Shown: piece after piece, positions 46,507 to 57,637 of the stretch
Position numbering within the stretch: the first letter of the stretch is position 1
How the letters are laid out: each line of letters begins with the position of its first letter
Source: a candidate division WWE3 bacterium GW2011_GWC2_41_23
GTDB taxonomy: Bacteria > Patescibacteriota > WWE3 > UBA101185 > UBA10185
Reading direction: 5' to 3'
Length of the DNA stretch: 64,000 nucleotides
Assembly: GCA_000996895.1 (NCBI GenBank)
Contig: LCBB01000003.1
Location: forward strand, 3,659-67,658
Notes under the pieces: model-generated
Database searches by the model: none
What the model saw: the letters and a program-made list of their open reading frames with translations, nothing else
What the model was told of the DNA's origin: nothing
Position numbers and translations under genes: made by a program

Positions 46507-47547
46507 ATGACTAAAGTATCGTTAGACTCAAATCTCTCCGACGTGATAACCCAGTACCTCGAGTATTGTGAGATAGAAAAGAACCTCTCGCAGAACACTC
46601 TCAAAATGTATCATTTTTATTTAACGGATTTTTTAGAATGGCTGGGTGCGTTTTTAAAAATAGACAAAATCACCCTGGCGGAAATTACCGACGACAATAT
46701 TAAAAAATACAGACTTGATCTTAACCGCAGAATAAGTAGAAAATCCAACATGGAATTTAAACGTTCCACCCAAAAGACTTTTTTGGTTGCAATAAGGGCT
46801 TTATTGAAGTATTTGGTGGTTGAAACGGAGGTTGAGATTATGTCTCCGGAACAGATAATACTTGGAAAATCGGACGACCGTGTGCCCAAAGTCCTTAACG
46901 AAGAGCAGATGAAAAGGCTATTTGACGGCCAGGACCTGAGCAAAAGGTCCGGAATAAGGGACCGAGCCATTTTAGAAACTTTGTACAGTACGGGGCTTCG
47001 TGTTAGCGAACTCACCAAGTTAAACAGAGACGACGTTAATCTTATTTCCGGAGAGTTTACCGTTATAGGTAAGGGACGCAAAGCAAGAACTGTCTATTTA
47101 TCCCCCGCAGCAAAAGACTGGATAAAAAGGTACCTGGGGATTCGGGGGGATTCTTTTAAACCTTTATTTCTAAGATATTCAGGTAAGCACATGGAGTCGG
47201 ATGATTTTGACGGCGAGTCGTTGAGGCTTACAGTGCGCAGCGTTGAAAGAATGATTAAGAAATATGTTACGAACTCCGGCATTTCCGTTGATGCTACGCC
47301 CCATACTCTCAGGCACACTTACGCCACAGGGCTGCTTCAGGAGGGGGCGGATTTAAGAAGCGTTCAGGAATTGTTAGGCCACTCTAATGTTTCTACGACA
47401 CAGATTTACACCCACATCACGAACAGGCAGCTTAAAAACATTCATAAGCTTTATCACAAGGATATTGACGGTAAGCCGGCTTCTTACGCAAAAGACAACG
47501 AAGAAGATGTTAGTGACGACGACGCAGGAATAACTTCTTTAAGCTAA
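46507..47547 (+). CDS. tyrosine site-specific recombinase (XerC/XerD-like integrase family)
   Basis: RAILETLYSTGLRVSEL, HTLRHTYAT, LLGHSNVSTTQIYTHI with catalytic R-H-R-Y. Carries a C-terminal acidic extension. Confidence 0.85.
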   Translation: MTKVSLDSNLSDVITQYLEYCEIEKNLSQNTLKMYHFYLTDFLEWLGAFLKIDKITLAEITDDNIKKYRLDLNRRISRKSNMEFKRSTQKTFLVAIRALLKYLVVETEVEIMSPEQIILGKSDDRVPKVLNEEQMKRLFDGQDLSKRSGIRDRAILETLYSTGLRVSELTKLNRDDVNLISGEFTVIGKGRKARTVYLSPAAKDWIKRYLGIRGDSFKPLFLRYSGKHMESDDFDGESLRLTVRSVERMIKKYVTNSGISVDATPHTLRHTYATGLLQEGADLRSVQELLGHSNVSTTQIYTHITNRQLKNIHKLYHKDIDGKPASYAKDNEEDVSDDDAGITSLS

Positions 47548-48611
47548 TTCAAAATCACATCATGCGCGTTGCTTTCACGTATGCCGGCCGGGGTTACACG
47601 AATAAATTCGGCGTTTTTCCAAAGTGCCTCTAAATTTATTGCACCGGAGTAACTAAAGCCCGATCTGATACCTGCTAACAGGCTTTCGATAACGTCCTGA
47701 AGCGGCCCTTTATAAGGTACTAATGCTTCTACACCCTCGGTATGATTGGTGTACGATTCGTTTTTATCCTGCGAATACTTCCCTATCTGTCGCACCTTTT
47801 CCTTTTTAGAGGTTGAACCGTTGTACTCTTTATATTCTTTACCGTTAATTTCAATTATTTCCCCGGGCGCCTCATCCGTTCCTGCCAATAAATTACCTAA
47901 TGTTACCGCAGATGCTCCCGCGGCAAGTGCCTTAACTATGTCGCCTGAGTTTTTAGCGCCCCCATCAGCAATTATTGTTTTACCGTATTTTTCTGCTGCC
48001 TTTTTTGCCTCACATATCGCGGTTATCTGCGGGACACCGTGGCCGGTCATTATTCTTGTAGTGCAGATGGAACCCGGTCCTACCCCGACCCTGACGGCGT
48101 CGGCGCCGGATTCAAATAGGGCGCAGGCCCCTTCATACGTGGCAATCACTCCGGCAATTACCGTTAGATCTTTACCGTACTTCTCCGCTATATATTTAGT
48201 TGCGCTGACAAATCTATCCATATGTCCGTGGGCAACATCCATAAGAATTACTTTAGCTCCGGCCTTAGCCAGGATTTCCGCCACTAATTTGTAACCCTCT
48301 TTACAACCCAGCGAGGCTGCAGCAACAACTCCCGAACTTGCGATTTTGGAAATATTGTCGGCTTGAATTTCCGGAGCGTCGAATCTTGGTAAAATTCCCA
48401 TTCCCCCTAGTTTTCCCAGTGCCACAGCCATTTCCACGCCTGTTACTGAATCCATATTTGTAGATATTAATGGAATGGACAGTTCAAGATTTTTAGATAT
48501 ACGGGTATTAAGGTTTATATCCCTTCTCGACCCTATTGAAGAGACTTTGGGTATTAATAAAACGTCGTCGTAGCTGAGAGCTGTTCTCAGGTCGTTTAAA
48601 TACACAATCAT
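47544..48611 (-). CDS. guaB: IMP dehydrogenase/GMP reductase-family protein (no CBS domains)
   Basis: [36 protein letters not shown]. Confidence 0.75.
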   Translation of the reverse strand: MIVYLNDLRTALSYDDVLLIPKVSSIGSRRDINLNTRISKNLELSIPLISTNMDSVTGVEMAVALGKLGGMGILPRFDAPEIQADNISKIASSGVVAAASLGCKEGYKLVAEILAKAGAKVILMDVAHGHMDRFVSATKYIAEKYGKDLTVIAGVIATYEGACALFESGADAVRVGVGPGSICTTRIMTGHGVPQITAICEAKKAAEKYGKTIIADGGAKNSGDIVKALAAGASAVTLGNLLAGTDEAPGEIIEINGKEYKEYNGSTSKKEKVRQIGKYSQDKNESYTNHTEGVEALVPYKGPLQDVIESLLAGIRSGFSYSGAINLEALWKNAEFIRVTPAGIRESNAHDVILN

Positions 48612-48634
48612 TATGTTACGTCAGGAAAAAAAGT

Positions 48635-49342
48635 TCAGCAAGTATGGAGGAAAGACGCAATGGGTTCAAAACTTTTTCTGTGAATTTCGCACGGTCCGTG
48701 GATTTTCAAGGCTTCGATATGCCTGGTTGTTCCATACCCTTTGTGGGAAGAAAAGCCATAAAGAGGAAACTTTTTATCCATTTCTATCATGAAATTGTCT
48801 CTGTAAACTTTTGCGATTATTGAGGCCGCTCCCACGCTGATACTTTTTAGGTCCCCTGAGATTATGTTTAATTGGCGCGCTTCGTCGAAGTTTTTTATCT
48901 TGACCACATCCGTGATGACAAACTCAGGAGTCACTTTGAGACCTGCCACGGCATTTTCAAAAGCCCGGGATGTGCAAACAGCCATTCCTTCTCTGTCTAT
49001 TGATTCATTGTCTATTTCGGTAATTGAGTAAGAAAGACATTCTTGCAACAGAAACTCATTCGCCTTTTGCCGTTTATTCGCCGATATTTTCTTGCTATCC
49101 GTGATGTTTTTGTATCCGGCTTTTCCTATATATTCGACGTCGTTATTTCTACTGAAACTCCTATTTCTACTGATGAGAAATGCCTCGATGTCCAGCATTT
49201 TCTCTATATCCAGAATAGCTGCTGCCACAACTAAAGGTCCCGCCAGCGGTCCCCTACCCACTTCATCCACACCGGCGATATATTTAAATCCCTGCGACAT
49301 GTACAGTTCTTTTTCAATTTGGAAGTTTTCAGGAAATCTCAC
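48635..49342 (-). CDS. rnhB: ribonuclease HII
   Basis: IAGVDEVGRGPLAGPLVVAA motif. The true start may be the internal Met (MSQGFKYIAG). Confidence 0.85.
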   Translation of the reverse strand: MRFPENFQIEKELYMSQGFKYIAGVDEVGRGPLAGPLVVAAAILDIEKMLDIEAFLISRNRSFSRNNDVEYIGKAGYKNITDSKKISANKRQKANEFLLQECLSYSITEIDNESIDREGMAVCTSRAFENAVAGLKVTPEFVITDVVKIKNFDEARQLNIISGDLKSISVGAASIIAKVYRDNFMIEMDKKFPLYGFSSHKGYGTTRHIEALKIHGPCEIHRKSFEPIASFLHTC

Positions 49343-49356
49343 ACGTACAGAATAAA

Positions 49357-51927
49357 TTATTCGTCGGTTTCTTCAAGCGCTTCTTCGATAACTGCGGCTG
49401 AAGTTAGAGTGTCCCCCGAGTCCAGTTTAATGAGCCTGACGCCTTGTGTTGCCCTGCCAAGCACCGGAACGTTCTTTGCCCCTATCCTTAAGACTTTACC
49501 GCTTGATGTGGCCAGGAGTACGTCCGAGCCCTTGTCCGTGTTAACCGCTCTGGCGCTTACCAAGTGGCCTGTCTTGTCCGTTACTTTATAAGTAAGTATG
49601 CCCGACCCTGCCCTACTCTGAGTTTTATATTCACTTGTTTTTGTTCTTTTGCCGTAGCCTTTGTCTGACACGACAAGGAGATCTATATTTTTCGCGCTCT
49701 TGGGTACTATTACCGAGCCCACGACGCTGTCGTTACCTTTGCTGAGTTTTATTCCGGTAACACCTCCTGCGGCGCGTCCCATATCTCTGACATCTTTTTC
49801 GCTGAATCTTATGGACTGACCCATGGTTGTAGTGATAAGCACGTCGTCATCGCCGTAAGTAATTCCTGCAAAGGCAAGATTATCTCCGGCTCCGAGCTTT
49901 ATAGCCAGTATCCCTGAGGATCTTATGTTTGAGAATTCAGGCATTCCTGTTCTTTTTACAACACCTTTTTCGGTGACGAAGAACACAAATCCTTTCTCTT
50001 CGGCCATATCAGACGTAGTTACAGTTAAAAAGGCCTCTATTCTTTCACTTTGTGTTGTGCTTAAAAAGTTGACTAAAGGAGTTCCTTTTGCTGTTCTTGA
50101 TGATTCCGGTATGTCCCATACGCGCATTTTATATACGCGTCCGGTGTTTGTGAAAAATAGTGCCCAGTCGTGAGTCGAGCAAGTTCTGATAGTATCAACG
50201 CTATCCTCCTCTTTCAACCCCTGTCCTACAACGCCCTTTCCTCCCCTACCCTGTTTCTTGTAAGTGTCTTCTTTTAATCTTTTGATGTAGCCGCTTTCAC
50301 TGATTGTTACTATGCAGGGCTCATCTATGATGAGGTCTTCGTCGGAAAGTTCGCCGACCTTACCTTTTACGACAATACTTTTTCTCTTGTCGCCATATCT
50401 TTCTTTCAGGTCTTCGAGCTCTTTTTTGACGGTCTCGATTATTCTCGTAGGCGAGGCTATCAGGTCCTCGAAATCGTCTATGATGGCCACTATCTCTCTT
50501 AACTCATCTTCTATCTTTTGTCTTTCAAGAGCGGCGAGCTTTCTTAACTGCATATCCAGTATTGCTTGCGACTGAATTTCCGAAAGTCCGAATTTCTTCA
50601 TTAGCCCTAACTTTGCAACTTCGGCGTCTTTGCTTGCTCTGATGAGCGCTATGACGGCATCCAGGTTATCGAGAGCGATTTTTAAACCCTGTAGAACATG
50701 TTCTCTTTCCCGCGCTCTTCTGAGTAAGTAAATTGTTCTTTTTACCACTACTTGCTGTCTGTGTCGTACAAACTCTTCCAATATCATTTTTAGGGTCATG
50801 AGCTTGGGCTCGTTATCAAGCAAGGCAACGAAATTTGCATTGAAAGTGTTTTGAAGTTGGGTATATTTATACAGCTGATTCTGTATTTTCATTACTACTG
50901 CCTCTTTCTTGAGTTCTACGACAATTCTTAGTCCCTGTTTATTGGATTCGTCTCTCAGATCCGAGATGCCTTCGATTCTTTTGTCCTTTACCAAATCCGC
51001 GATTTTTGAAATAAGGGTGGATTTGTTGACCATGTAAGGAATTTCGGTGACGACGAGCTTCATCTTTTCACCTTTTCCTTCTTCTATTCCCATCTTCGCT
51101 CTGGTCACTACCCTACCCTTCCCTGTTGCGTACATCTGTATGATTTCTTTTTGATCGTAAATTGTCCCTCCTGTAGGAAAGTCGGGACCTTTGATTATTT
51201 TGACGAGGTCTTCGACGTTTGCCGAAGATTCAAAAGCAAGTTTGGCGACCTTGTCCTTATCTTCTTTTCCCGGTTTTTCGCCTATTTCTATGGCTTTTTC
51301 AATCAGGAGATTTATTCCGTCGACTACCTCGGAAAGGTTATGAGGGGGTACGTTTGTTGCCATACCTACGGCAATTCCTGCCGCACCATTTAGTAGTAAA
51401 TTGGGTAAAAGACTCGGTAAGTAGGTAGGTTCGTAGTTTTGCAGGTCATTCATTACGAATGCTATGGTTTCTTTGTCTATATCGGAATAAAGTTCCTCGG
51501 AGATTTTATGAAGTTTACACTCTGTATACCTCATAGCTGCCGGCGGGTCTCCGTCTATACTTCCGAAGTTTCCTTGAGGGAAAACCAACGGGTATCTCAA
51601 GTTGAAGTCCTGTGCCATTCTGACAAGAGCTTCATAAACCGAAGTGTCGCCGTGGGGGTGATACTTCTTTAAAACTTCTCCTATAACAGCCGCGCATTTA
51701 TGGAACTTGCCGGATGCTGACATGCCCTGATCCTGCATAGCGTAGATAACTCTTCTTTGTACCGGCTTTAATCCGTCTCTGACGTCAGGAAGGGCGCGCG
51801 AAACAATGACTGACATCGCATAGTCCAAATAAGAACTTTGCATCTCATCAGTGATTTCAGTTTGGAGTACTCTTTCATCCAGCTCCTCTTGAGTTAGTTG
51901 AGTTATTTCATCTGGTTTCTTAGCCAT
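49357..51927 (-). CDS. gyrA: DNA gyrase subunit A
   Basis: [46 protein letters not shown]-terminal beta-pinwheel repeats. Confidence 0.92.
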   Translation of the reverse strand: MAKKPDEITQLTQEELDERVLQTEITDEMQSSYLDYAMSVIVSRALPDVRDGLKPVQRRVIYAMQDQGMSASGKFHKCAAVIGEVLKKYHPHGDTSVYEALVRMAQDFNLRYPLVFPQGNFGSIDGDPPAAMRYTECKLHKISEELYSDIDKETIAFVMNDLQNYEPTYLPSLLPNLLLNGAAGIAVGMATNVPPHNLSEVVDGINLLIEKAIEIGEKPGKEDKDKVAKLAFESSANVEDLVKIIKGPDFPTGGTIYDQKEIIQMYATGKGRVVTRAKMGIEEGKGEKMKLVVTEIPYMVNKSTLISKIADLVKDKRIEGISDLRDESNKQGLRIVVELKKEAVVMKIQNQLYKYTQLQNTFNANFVALLDNEPKLMTLKMILEEFVRHRQQVVVKRTIYLLRRAREREHVLQGLKIALDNLDAVIALIRASKDAEVAKLGLMKKFGLSEIQSQAILDMQLRKLAALERQKIEDELREIVAIIDDFEDLIASPTRIIETVKKELEDLKERYGDKRKSIVVKGKVGELSDEDLIIDEPCIVTISESGYIKRLKEDTYKKQGRGGKGVVGQGLKEEDSVDTIRTCSTHDWALFFTNTGRVYKMRVWDIPESSRTAKGTPLVNFLSTTQSERIEAFLTVTTSDMAEEKGFVFFVTEKGVVKRTGMPEFSNIRSSGILAIKLGAGDNLAFAGITYGDDDVLITTTMGQSIRFSEKDVRDMGRAAGGVTGIKLSKGNDSVVGSVIVPKSAKNIDLLVVSDKGYGKRTKTSEYKTQSRAGSGILTYKVTDKTGHLVSARAVNTDKGSDVLLATSSGKVLRIGAKNVPVLGRATQGVRLIKLDSGDTLTSAAVIEEALEETDE

Positions 51928-52048
51928 AACTAGATAATATTAACACTTTTTCGTCTGTCTTTCCACCCCTTTTTTAGTGCTATAAAGGGAAAAACGCCGT
52001 AAGTGAGTTTTTTTGCCGTGCTGTCTGAGTACAAAGAAAGACCGCGCC

Positions 52049-52073
52049 GGGCGCGGTCTTTCACGAATATTAT
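52049..52073 (-). terminator. terminator hairpin after hppA
   Basis: aaagaccgcgccgggcgcggtcttt palindrome, with a T-rich run on the minus strand. Confidence 0.5.
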
Positions 52074-52088
52074 TCTTAGCTAAATTGG

Positions 52089-54314
52089 TTACTCCTGTGC
52101 GAAAGCTTTTTTTCTAAAGTCGCCTTTCTGAAAGAAAAGTAACCAGGCAAGAGATCCAAGAATAACAGCGGCAATTCCGTATTTAACCACAGGATTAATA
52201 TCCATGACTAAAAGAGGAGCTATGATAACCGAGATTAGGTTAATCACTTTGAGTAAAGGATTAAGGGCAGGACCTGCGGTGTCCTTCAACGGATCTCCTA
52301 CAGTGTCTCCCACGATACTGGCTTTATGAGCTTCCGATCCTTTACCTCCGAAGTTACCTTCTTCAACGTATTTTTTAGCGTTATCCCAAGCACCTCCGGC
52401 GTTGGACATAAATACCGCTAATAACTGGCCCGATAAAATCAGTCCGGCGAGGAATCCTCCGAGAGGTTCGACCCCGAATAAAAGTCCTACCAACACCGAG
52501 CTTAATACTGCCAAGAGAGCTATAGGTAATAGTTCCTTTTGAGCCGATTTGGTACAGATAGCGACGGTTGTGGCATAGTCAGGTTTTACGGTACCTTCCA
52601 ATATGCCGGGTATTCTAAACTGTCTCCTCACGTCGGCAATGATAGATGACGCTGCTCGTGAGACGGCATCAATCAGACGGGAACTAAATAGTAACGGTAA
52701 AGCACCTCCTATCAAAAGCCCCACGAAAACAAGAGGCTCGGATACTCTTATACCGCTCGCCAAAGTCCCGGGTCTTACTTTTTCCACGTCGGTAATAAAA
52801 GAACCGAACAAAGATACGGCCGCAATAACTGCGCTTCCTATGGCCACACCTTTAGTAATAGCTTTTGTGGTATTTCCTGCTGCGTCAAGACGCGCCAATA
52901 TGGCCTGACCTTTAGAATCAATCTTTGCCATTTCTCCGATACCGCCCGCGTTGTCTGAGATAGGACCGAATGAGTCCATCGCAACATTGTTGCCGGTAAG
53001 GGTTAACATTCCGATACCGGTTAGCGACACCCCGTACAAAACGTATACAGGAGGGAACCCGGAATAAATTGCAATTGCCCCTACTATTGTCAGTGCGATG
53101 ACGAGAGCTGACCAAACACTGGATTCCAAGCCTGTTGAAAGACCGGAAAGTATTGTTGTGGCTGCCCCGCTTTTGGTCTGTTCCGCGATTTTCTTAACAG
53201 GAGCATACGCGCCATCCGTGAAATAACCCGTTACGTGGTCAATAACGATGGCTAAGATAACACCGATAACGACTGATCCGAATGCTCTCCACTCATGCAT
53301 ATAGAACTGAGCGAGAACTGAAAATAAGACAACGGATATTGCAGCGGATGTATAGAACCCGCGGTTAATTGTGTGTAAAGGATTTTCGTTGTTTCGGCTC
53401 TTAACAAATGCGGTTCCTATAATAGAGCTCAACACACCGATTCCTCTTACTATTAACGGGAAGACGATCCACTTTACAGATCCTGTAAGGGAAGCAAGAG
53501 CTAGCCCCAGGATCAATGAGGAAACTATAGTAACTTCGTAGCTTTCGAAAATGTCGGCTGCCATTCCCGCACAGTCTCCCACGTTATCTCCGACAAGATC
53601 AGCGACAACTGCGGGATTTCTTGGGTCATCCTCAGGTATACCGGCCTCGATTTTTCCAACAAGATCAGCACCCACATCTGCAGCTTTGGTGTATATTCCG
53701 CCGCCGACTCTCATTAATAGAGCAAGCAAAGTACCTCCGAAGCCGAATCCCAGTAATGCATCTGGAGCCGCTTTTCCGAAGGATATGAAAATTAAAGTTC
53801 CGCCGAGCAAACCAAGTCCGTCGGTAAGCATTCCCGTTACGGTACCTGCACGGTACGCGGTTTTGAGAGCTTCCGGTGCCTTTTCTTTAGACGCGAGATC
53901 GGCGACTCTAATGGATGCATCTATTGCCATTCTCATGCCAAGGCGGCCAACCATCGCCGAGAATATTGCTCCGGCTAAGAACGCAAGTGCGCGTCCTACC
54001 GCGACGATAATTTTGGCATTGGCGCCAAATACTTCTGTAGCTTCGGCAGAGGGTTGAACAACCCAAACGCTGAGAAACAGCACAACTACAAGCACGCCAA
54101 TCATATTACGGATAATGCGCCATTGTGACGCCAGGTATGCTTCGGCCCCTTCTTTGATGCCTCCCCACACTTCTCTCATTTTTCCCTCAGGTAAGGGAAT
54201 ACTTAAAATTTGACGTCTCAGATAGAATGCGTAGTAAAGCCCTAAAAGAGCTATACCCAAAACACCGAACAAACTTGCAACTTCAAACGTTGAGAATTCT
54301 TTTAATCCAATCAT
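52089..54314 (-). CDS. hppA: membrane-bound H+/Na+-translocating pyrophosphatase
   Basis: GDNVGDCAGMAADIFESYEV, DTVGDPLKDTAGPALN signatures; about 16 TM. Confidence 0.9.
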   Translation of the reverse strand: MIGLKEFSTFEVASLFGVLGIALLGLYYAFYLRRQILSIPLPEGKMREVWGGIKEGAEAYLASQWRIIRNMIGVLVVVLFLSVWVVQPSAEATEVFGANAKIIVAVGRALAFLAGAIFSAMVGRLGMRMAIDASIRVADLASKEKAPEALKTAYRAGTVTGMLTDGLGLLGGTLIFISFGKAAPDALLGFGFGGTLLALLMRVGGGIYTKAADVGADLVGKIEAGIPEDDPRNPAVVADLVGDNVGDCAGMAADIFESYEVTIVSSLILGLALASLTGSVKWIVFPLIVRGIGVLSSIIGTAFVKSRNNENPLHTINRGFYTSAAISVVLFSVLAQFYMHEWRAFGSVVIGVILAIVIDHVTGYFTDGAYAPVKKIAEQTKSGAATTILSGLSTGLESSVWSALVIALTIVGAIAIYSGFPPVYVLYGVSLTGIGMLTLTGNNVAMDSFGPISDNAGGIGEMAKIDSKGQAILARLDAAGNTTKAITKGVAIGSAVIAAVSLFGSFITDVEKVRPGTLASGIRVSEPLVFVGLLIGGALPLLFSSRLIDAVSRAASSIIADVRRQFRIPGILEGTVKPDYATTVAICTKSAQKELLPIALLAVLSSVLVGLLFGVEPLGGFLAGLILSGQLLAVFMSNAGGAWDNAKKYVEEGNFGGKGSEAHKASIVGDTVGDPLKDTAGPALNPLLKVINLISVIIAPLLVMDINPVVKYGIAAVILGSLAWLLFFQKGDFRKKAFAQE

Positions 54315-54419
54315 GAGGAGAATTTTAACTGCGCGTACATTTGTTTGTCAACCTTATTTTCCTTAATATTATAAGGTTCCCGGCATGTAGATCGTAGGAA
54401 TTTTTATGAGAAAAAGAAA

Positions 54420-54449
54420 GGACCCAAAAAAATGTTCTTTTTTGGGTCC
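54420..54449 (-). terminator. strong palindromic terminator (ggacccaaaaaa...ttttttgggtcc) downstream of the gyrB-DUF unit
   Basis: 12-bp perfect stem, followed on the minus strand by a T-rich tract. Confidence 0.6.
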
Positions 54450-54477
54450 AAGCCGGGAGGACGCGGCTGATGTAGTC

Positions 54478-54765
54478 TCAATTGAGAAAGTTTCGTACCC
54501 TACATTTAAAGAGTTCGAAATTAAAATCTTCCGGTTCGAAACCCTCCTCCATTATTTGCTTTCTGATCTTTTCGAGCGTGGGACCATGCAGTTCCCATTT
54601 ATTGCCGGTTCTGGACGCCTGTATGTAGAACAGAAATTCCTTGGTCTGTGCCTCTGAAATCAGGGTCACGGGAATTTTTACCAGGTGTTTGATGTTGTCA
54701 GGACATATTTTTTCGGTCGACGGGTTACCTATACAGCAACTTCTAATCGCCTGAAGATCGCTCAT
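54478..54765 (-). CDS. small hypothetical protein, possibly DUF721/DciA-like
   Basis: Sits next to gyrB. Weak resemblance of KEFLFYIQASRTGNKWELHGPTLEKIRKQI to the DUF721 pattern. Confidence 0.35.
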   Translation of the reverse strand: MSDLQAIRSCCIGNPSTEKICPDNIKHLVKIPVTLISEAQTKEFLFYIQASRTGNKWELHGPTLEKIRKQIMEEGFEPEDFNFELFKCRVRNFLN

Positions 54766-54827
54766 TTCTCTCTCCTTTAGTACATTATTTTTTTATATTT
54801 GTAAAAAGTATAAACCAAGTTTGGAGT

Positions 54828-56807
54828 TTATGTAATATCCAGATTTGCCTGTTTGGCGTGCGTTTGTATGAATCTCTTTCGTGGTGCCACTTCTTCACCC
54901 ATAAGCATTGTGAAAACTTCATCAGCCCTGGAGGCATCCGCCACATTTATTTGTTTAAGACGTCTTGTTTCGGGGTTCATGGTCGTTTCCCAAAGCTCAT
55001 CGGCGTTCATCTCGCCCAGCCCTTTAAACCTTTGGGTTACAGCCTTTTGACCCTCCGGAGTTTTCAGAAACTTTTCTCTGTCGCGGTCGTCGAATAAGTA
55101 TCTCTTCTCTTTTCCCCAGACTGCTTTATATAAAGGAGGCACAGCAACGAAAATATGTCCTTCCTGAATAAGTTCGGGCATGTGTCTATAAAAGAAAGTT
55201 AGATAAAGAGAAACAATGTGCATTCCGTCGACGTCGGCATCTGCCATAAGTATTATTTTTCCGTATCTGACCTTTGCAGGATTGTACTGCTCCCCTATTC
55301 CTGCACCTATGGCAATAATTAGGGCTTTAAACTTGTCGCTGTCCACTATTTTATCTAAACGAGCTCTTTCTGTGTTCAGAATCTTCCCGAATATAGGTAG
55401 AATGGCCTGATACTCCCTGTTTCGTCCTTGTTTTGCAGAACCTCCCGCGGAGTCTCCCTCGACGATAAATATCTCAGTTTTTTCCGCATCTTTTTTAGAA
55501 CAGTCAGCGAGTTTTCCGGGTAGGACACCGCTGCCCTCGAGAGCCGTTTTTCTTATAACGGTATCCCGCGCGGCTTTGGCTGCCATTCTGGCTTTAAGTG
55601 CAAGGATGTTTTTCTCTATTATTGCCTGCGCGTCTTTGGGGTTTTCGTTGAAGAAGGTTTCAAGCGACTCTTTTATTACGGATTCCACCGCTACTCTGAC
55701 ATTAGTATTACCTAATTTCGCTTTGGTCTGTCCTTCAAACTGCAAGGAGGCTGAATCAAGGGAAACTGAGATTACCGCTGTCAGTCCTTCTCTTAAGTCA
55801 TCGCCGGATAAATTTGCATCTTTCTCTTTAAGATACCCTGCTTTTCTCGCGTAATCGTTAACACATTTAGTAAGAGCAGTTCTGAAGCCGGTAAGATGTG
55901 TTCCGCCTTCGGAATTTTTAAGGTGATTTGCGAATGTGAGAACATTTTCAGTAAAAGAATCGTTATACTGCAGAGCCGCCTCAACAGTTACGTCATCGTA
56001 GTCTTTTTTAACGTGGTACACCTTCGGGTTAAGAACTGTTTTGTTCCTGTTTAATGCCGTGAGATATGCTTTTACCCCACCTTCGAAATGATACGTATAC
56101 TGCTGGCCGGTTCTGTGGTCCTCAAGTTCAAACTTAATGCCTGCAGTGAGGTATGCATATTCCCTTAATTGGTTCAAGAAATATTTAAAATCGAAGTTGG
56201 TAGTTTCAAAAATGGTATCGTCAGGCATGAATTCCACGACTGTACCCGTATCATAATTAAAAGTGGTCAGATCAATACCCCACGGTGCGGATTTTAGTTT
56301 TGAAATCGTTTTTGGTTTAGATGGATCTATTTTTTCTACCGGTCTTACGACATGACCGCCGTTTTCGTATTCTTGTATTACCGTGTTAGGTCCTCTTTTA
56401 ACCACCACCCTACACCACTTTGAAAGTGCGTTAACGACTGAGGCTCCTACTCCGTGTAATCCGCTTGAAACTTTATATCCTCCGCCGCCGAATTTTCCGC
56501 CCGCGTGTAATTTTGTGTAAGCAAGTTCAAGTGCGCTGACACCGTAACCTTTTTTAATGTCGTAGGGAATACCGCGGCCGTTGTCGTAAACAATCGCAGA
56601 TCCGTATTCGGTGAAAACGAGTTTGATGTGAGATGCAAAACCGCCGATTGCTTCATCCATTGAGTTGTTAACCACCTCGGTTATTAAATGATGCAACCCC
56701 TCCTGTCCGGTGGAGCCGATATACATTCCGGGTCTTTTTCTAACAGGATCCAGTCCCTCAAGAACCTGAATCTGATCTGAGCTGTAATTATCGTAGTTGT
56801 TAGTCAT
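54828..56807 (-). CDS. gyrB: DNA gyrase subunit B
   Basis: GHKL ATPase motifs (LHGVGASVVNALS), Toprim EGDSAGGSAKQGR, PLRGKILN-like. Confidence 0.92.
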   Translation of the reverse strand: MTNNYDNYSSDQIQVLEGLDPVRKRPGMYIGSTGQEGLHHLITEVVNNSMDEAIGGFASHIKLVFTEYGSAIVYDNGRGIPYDIKKGYGVSALELAYTKLHAGGKFGGGGYKVSSGLHGVGASVVNALSKWCRVVVKRGPNTVIQEYENGGHVVRPVEKIDPSKPKTISKLKSAPWGIDLTTFNYDTGTVVEFMPDDTIFETTNFDFKYFLNQLREYAYLTAGIKFELEDHRTGQQYTYHFEGGVKAYLTALNRNKTVLNPKVYHVKKDYDDVTVEAALQYNDSFTENVLTFANHLKNSEGGTHLTGFRTALTKCVNDYARKAGYLKEKDANLSGDDLREGLTAVISVSLDSASLQFEGQTKAKLGNTNVRVAVESVIKESLETFFNENPKDAQAIIEKNILALKARMAAKAARDTVIRKTALEGSGVLPGKLADCSKKDAEKTEIFIVEGDSAGGSAKQGRNREYQAILPIFGKILNTERARLDKIVDSDKFKALIIAIGAGIGEQYNPAKVRYGKIILMADADVDGMHIVSLYLTFFYRHMPELIQEGHIFVAVPPLYKAVWGKEKRYLFDDRDREKFLKTPEGQKAVTQRFKGLGEMNADELWETTMNPETRRLKQINVADASRADEVFTMLMGEEVAPRKRFIQTHAKQANLDIT

Positions 56808-56866
56808 AACCCTAGTATTGTATATCAGTGGGAGAGTATATTCAACACCTTTTCGCCCATTTTTGC

Positions 56867-57511
56867 CTACAGATTAAGCAAAAGAGCCTCTACCGCGAGG
56901 CGTTGGTTTACGTTGGTCTCTTCGAGAGTTTTTTTGGTTTGGAGAATCTTTTTTATCCTCACAGCAGTGACTGTTCCCGGTGACGTAGCGTGTAATTCGC
57001 GTACCCACTTTTCCATGATTTCCACCGTTTCTTCTTTTTCTGTTTCGGATATTTCTTTTGCTTTGTCCAACCGTTGTCCTGGGTTCATATTCAGGATTTT
57101 TTTTATTCCCGAATCTTCTCTTTCAATTTCTTCTGAAGGGAAAGCGCGTTTTTTTACGCATCTGGAGATTACCGTCTCAAGAAGTGAGTTTTCGGTTTTC
57201 GAAAGTAAAAAAAGCTCGGCATATTTAGGAGGTTCTTCAAGAATTTTCAGCAAAGCGTTCTGGGCTTCCGTGGTCATAAGCTCGGAATTTGCTATTACTA
57301 CTGTTTTCTTCTCTTTATTTAACGGTTTCTCCTGTAAAAATTTTTTAACTTTTCTCGAGGATGCAATTCCGATGCTTTTTTTATCTTCTTCTTTCTCCAC
57401 TATCAAAAGATCGGGGTCACCTGAGTTTTCAATATGAAGGACGCCCTCCTTTCGGAGTGTTTCAACTCTGTCTTTAAATGTTCCTCCATATATAAGTACC
57501 GCTTTTCCCAT
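56867..57511 (-). CDS. holB: DNA polymerase III delta' subunit-like (minimal, no P-loop)
   Basis: TEAQNALLKILEEPP clamp-loader motif. Confidence 0.65.
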   Translation of the reverse strand: MGKAVLIYGGTFKDRVETLRKEGVLHIENSGDPDLLIVEKEEDKKSIGIASSRKVKKFLQEKPLNKEKKTVVIANSELMTTEAQNALLKILEEPPKYAELFLLSKTENSLLETVISRCVKKRAFPSEEIEREDSGIKKILNMNPGQRLDKAKEISETEKEETVEIMEKWVRELHATSPGTVTAVRIKKILQTKKTLEETNVNQRLAVEALLLNL

Positions 57512-57637
57512 AGGAAGATTATACTTTAAGAAGAACAACGTGCCTAACTTCCTTAAACGGCGCTGTGCTTGAAAGAAGTATTGCGGACATTGGGGCAAGT
57601 TGTTAACATATTTAAGTAGAAGTTAGTTGACTGCCCT

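Noticed and set aside
47746-48294. 182-aa plus-strand ORF antisense to guaB-like gene
   Set aside because: Its Pro/Ala/Ser-rich low-complexity translation sits antisense within a conserved gene.
53551-54057. 168-aa plus-strand ORF antisense to hppA
   Set aside because: It is a GC-rich antisense frame of a conserved membrane protein gene, with Pro/Ser/Ala-rich composition typical of spurious ORFs.
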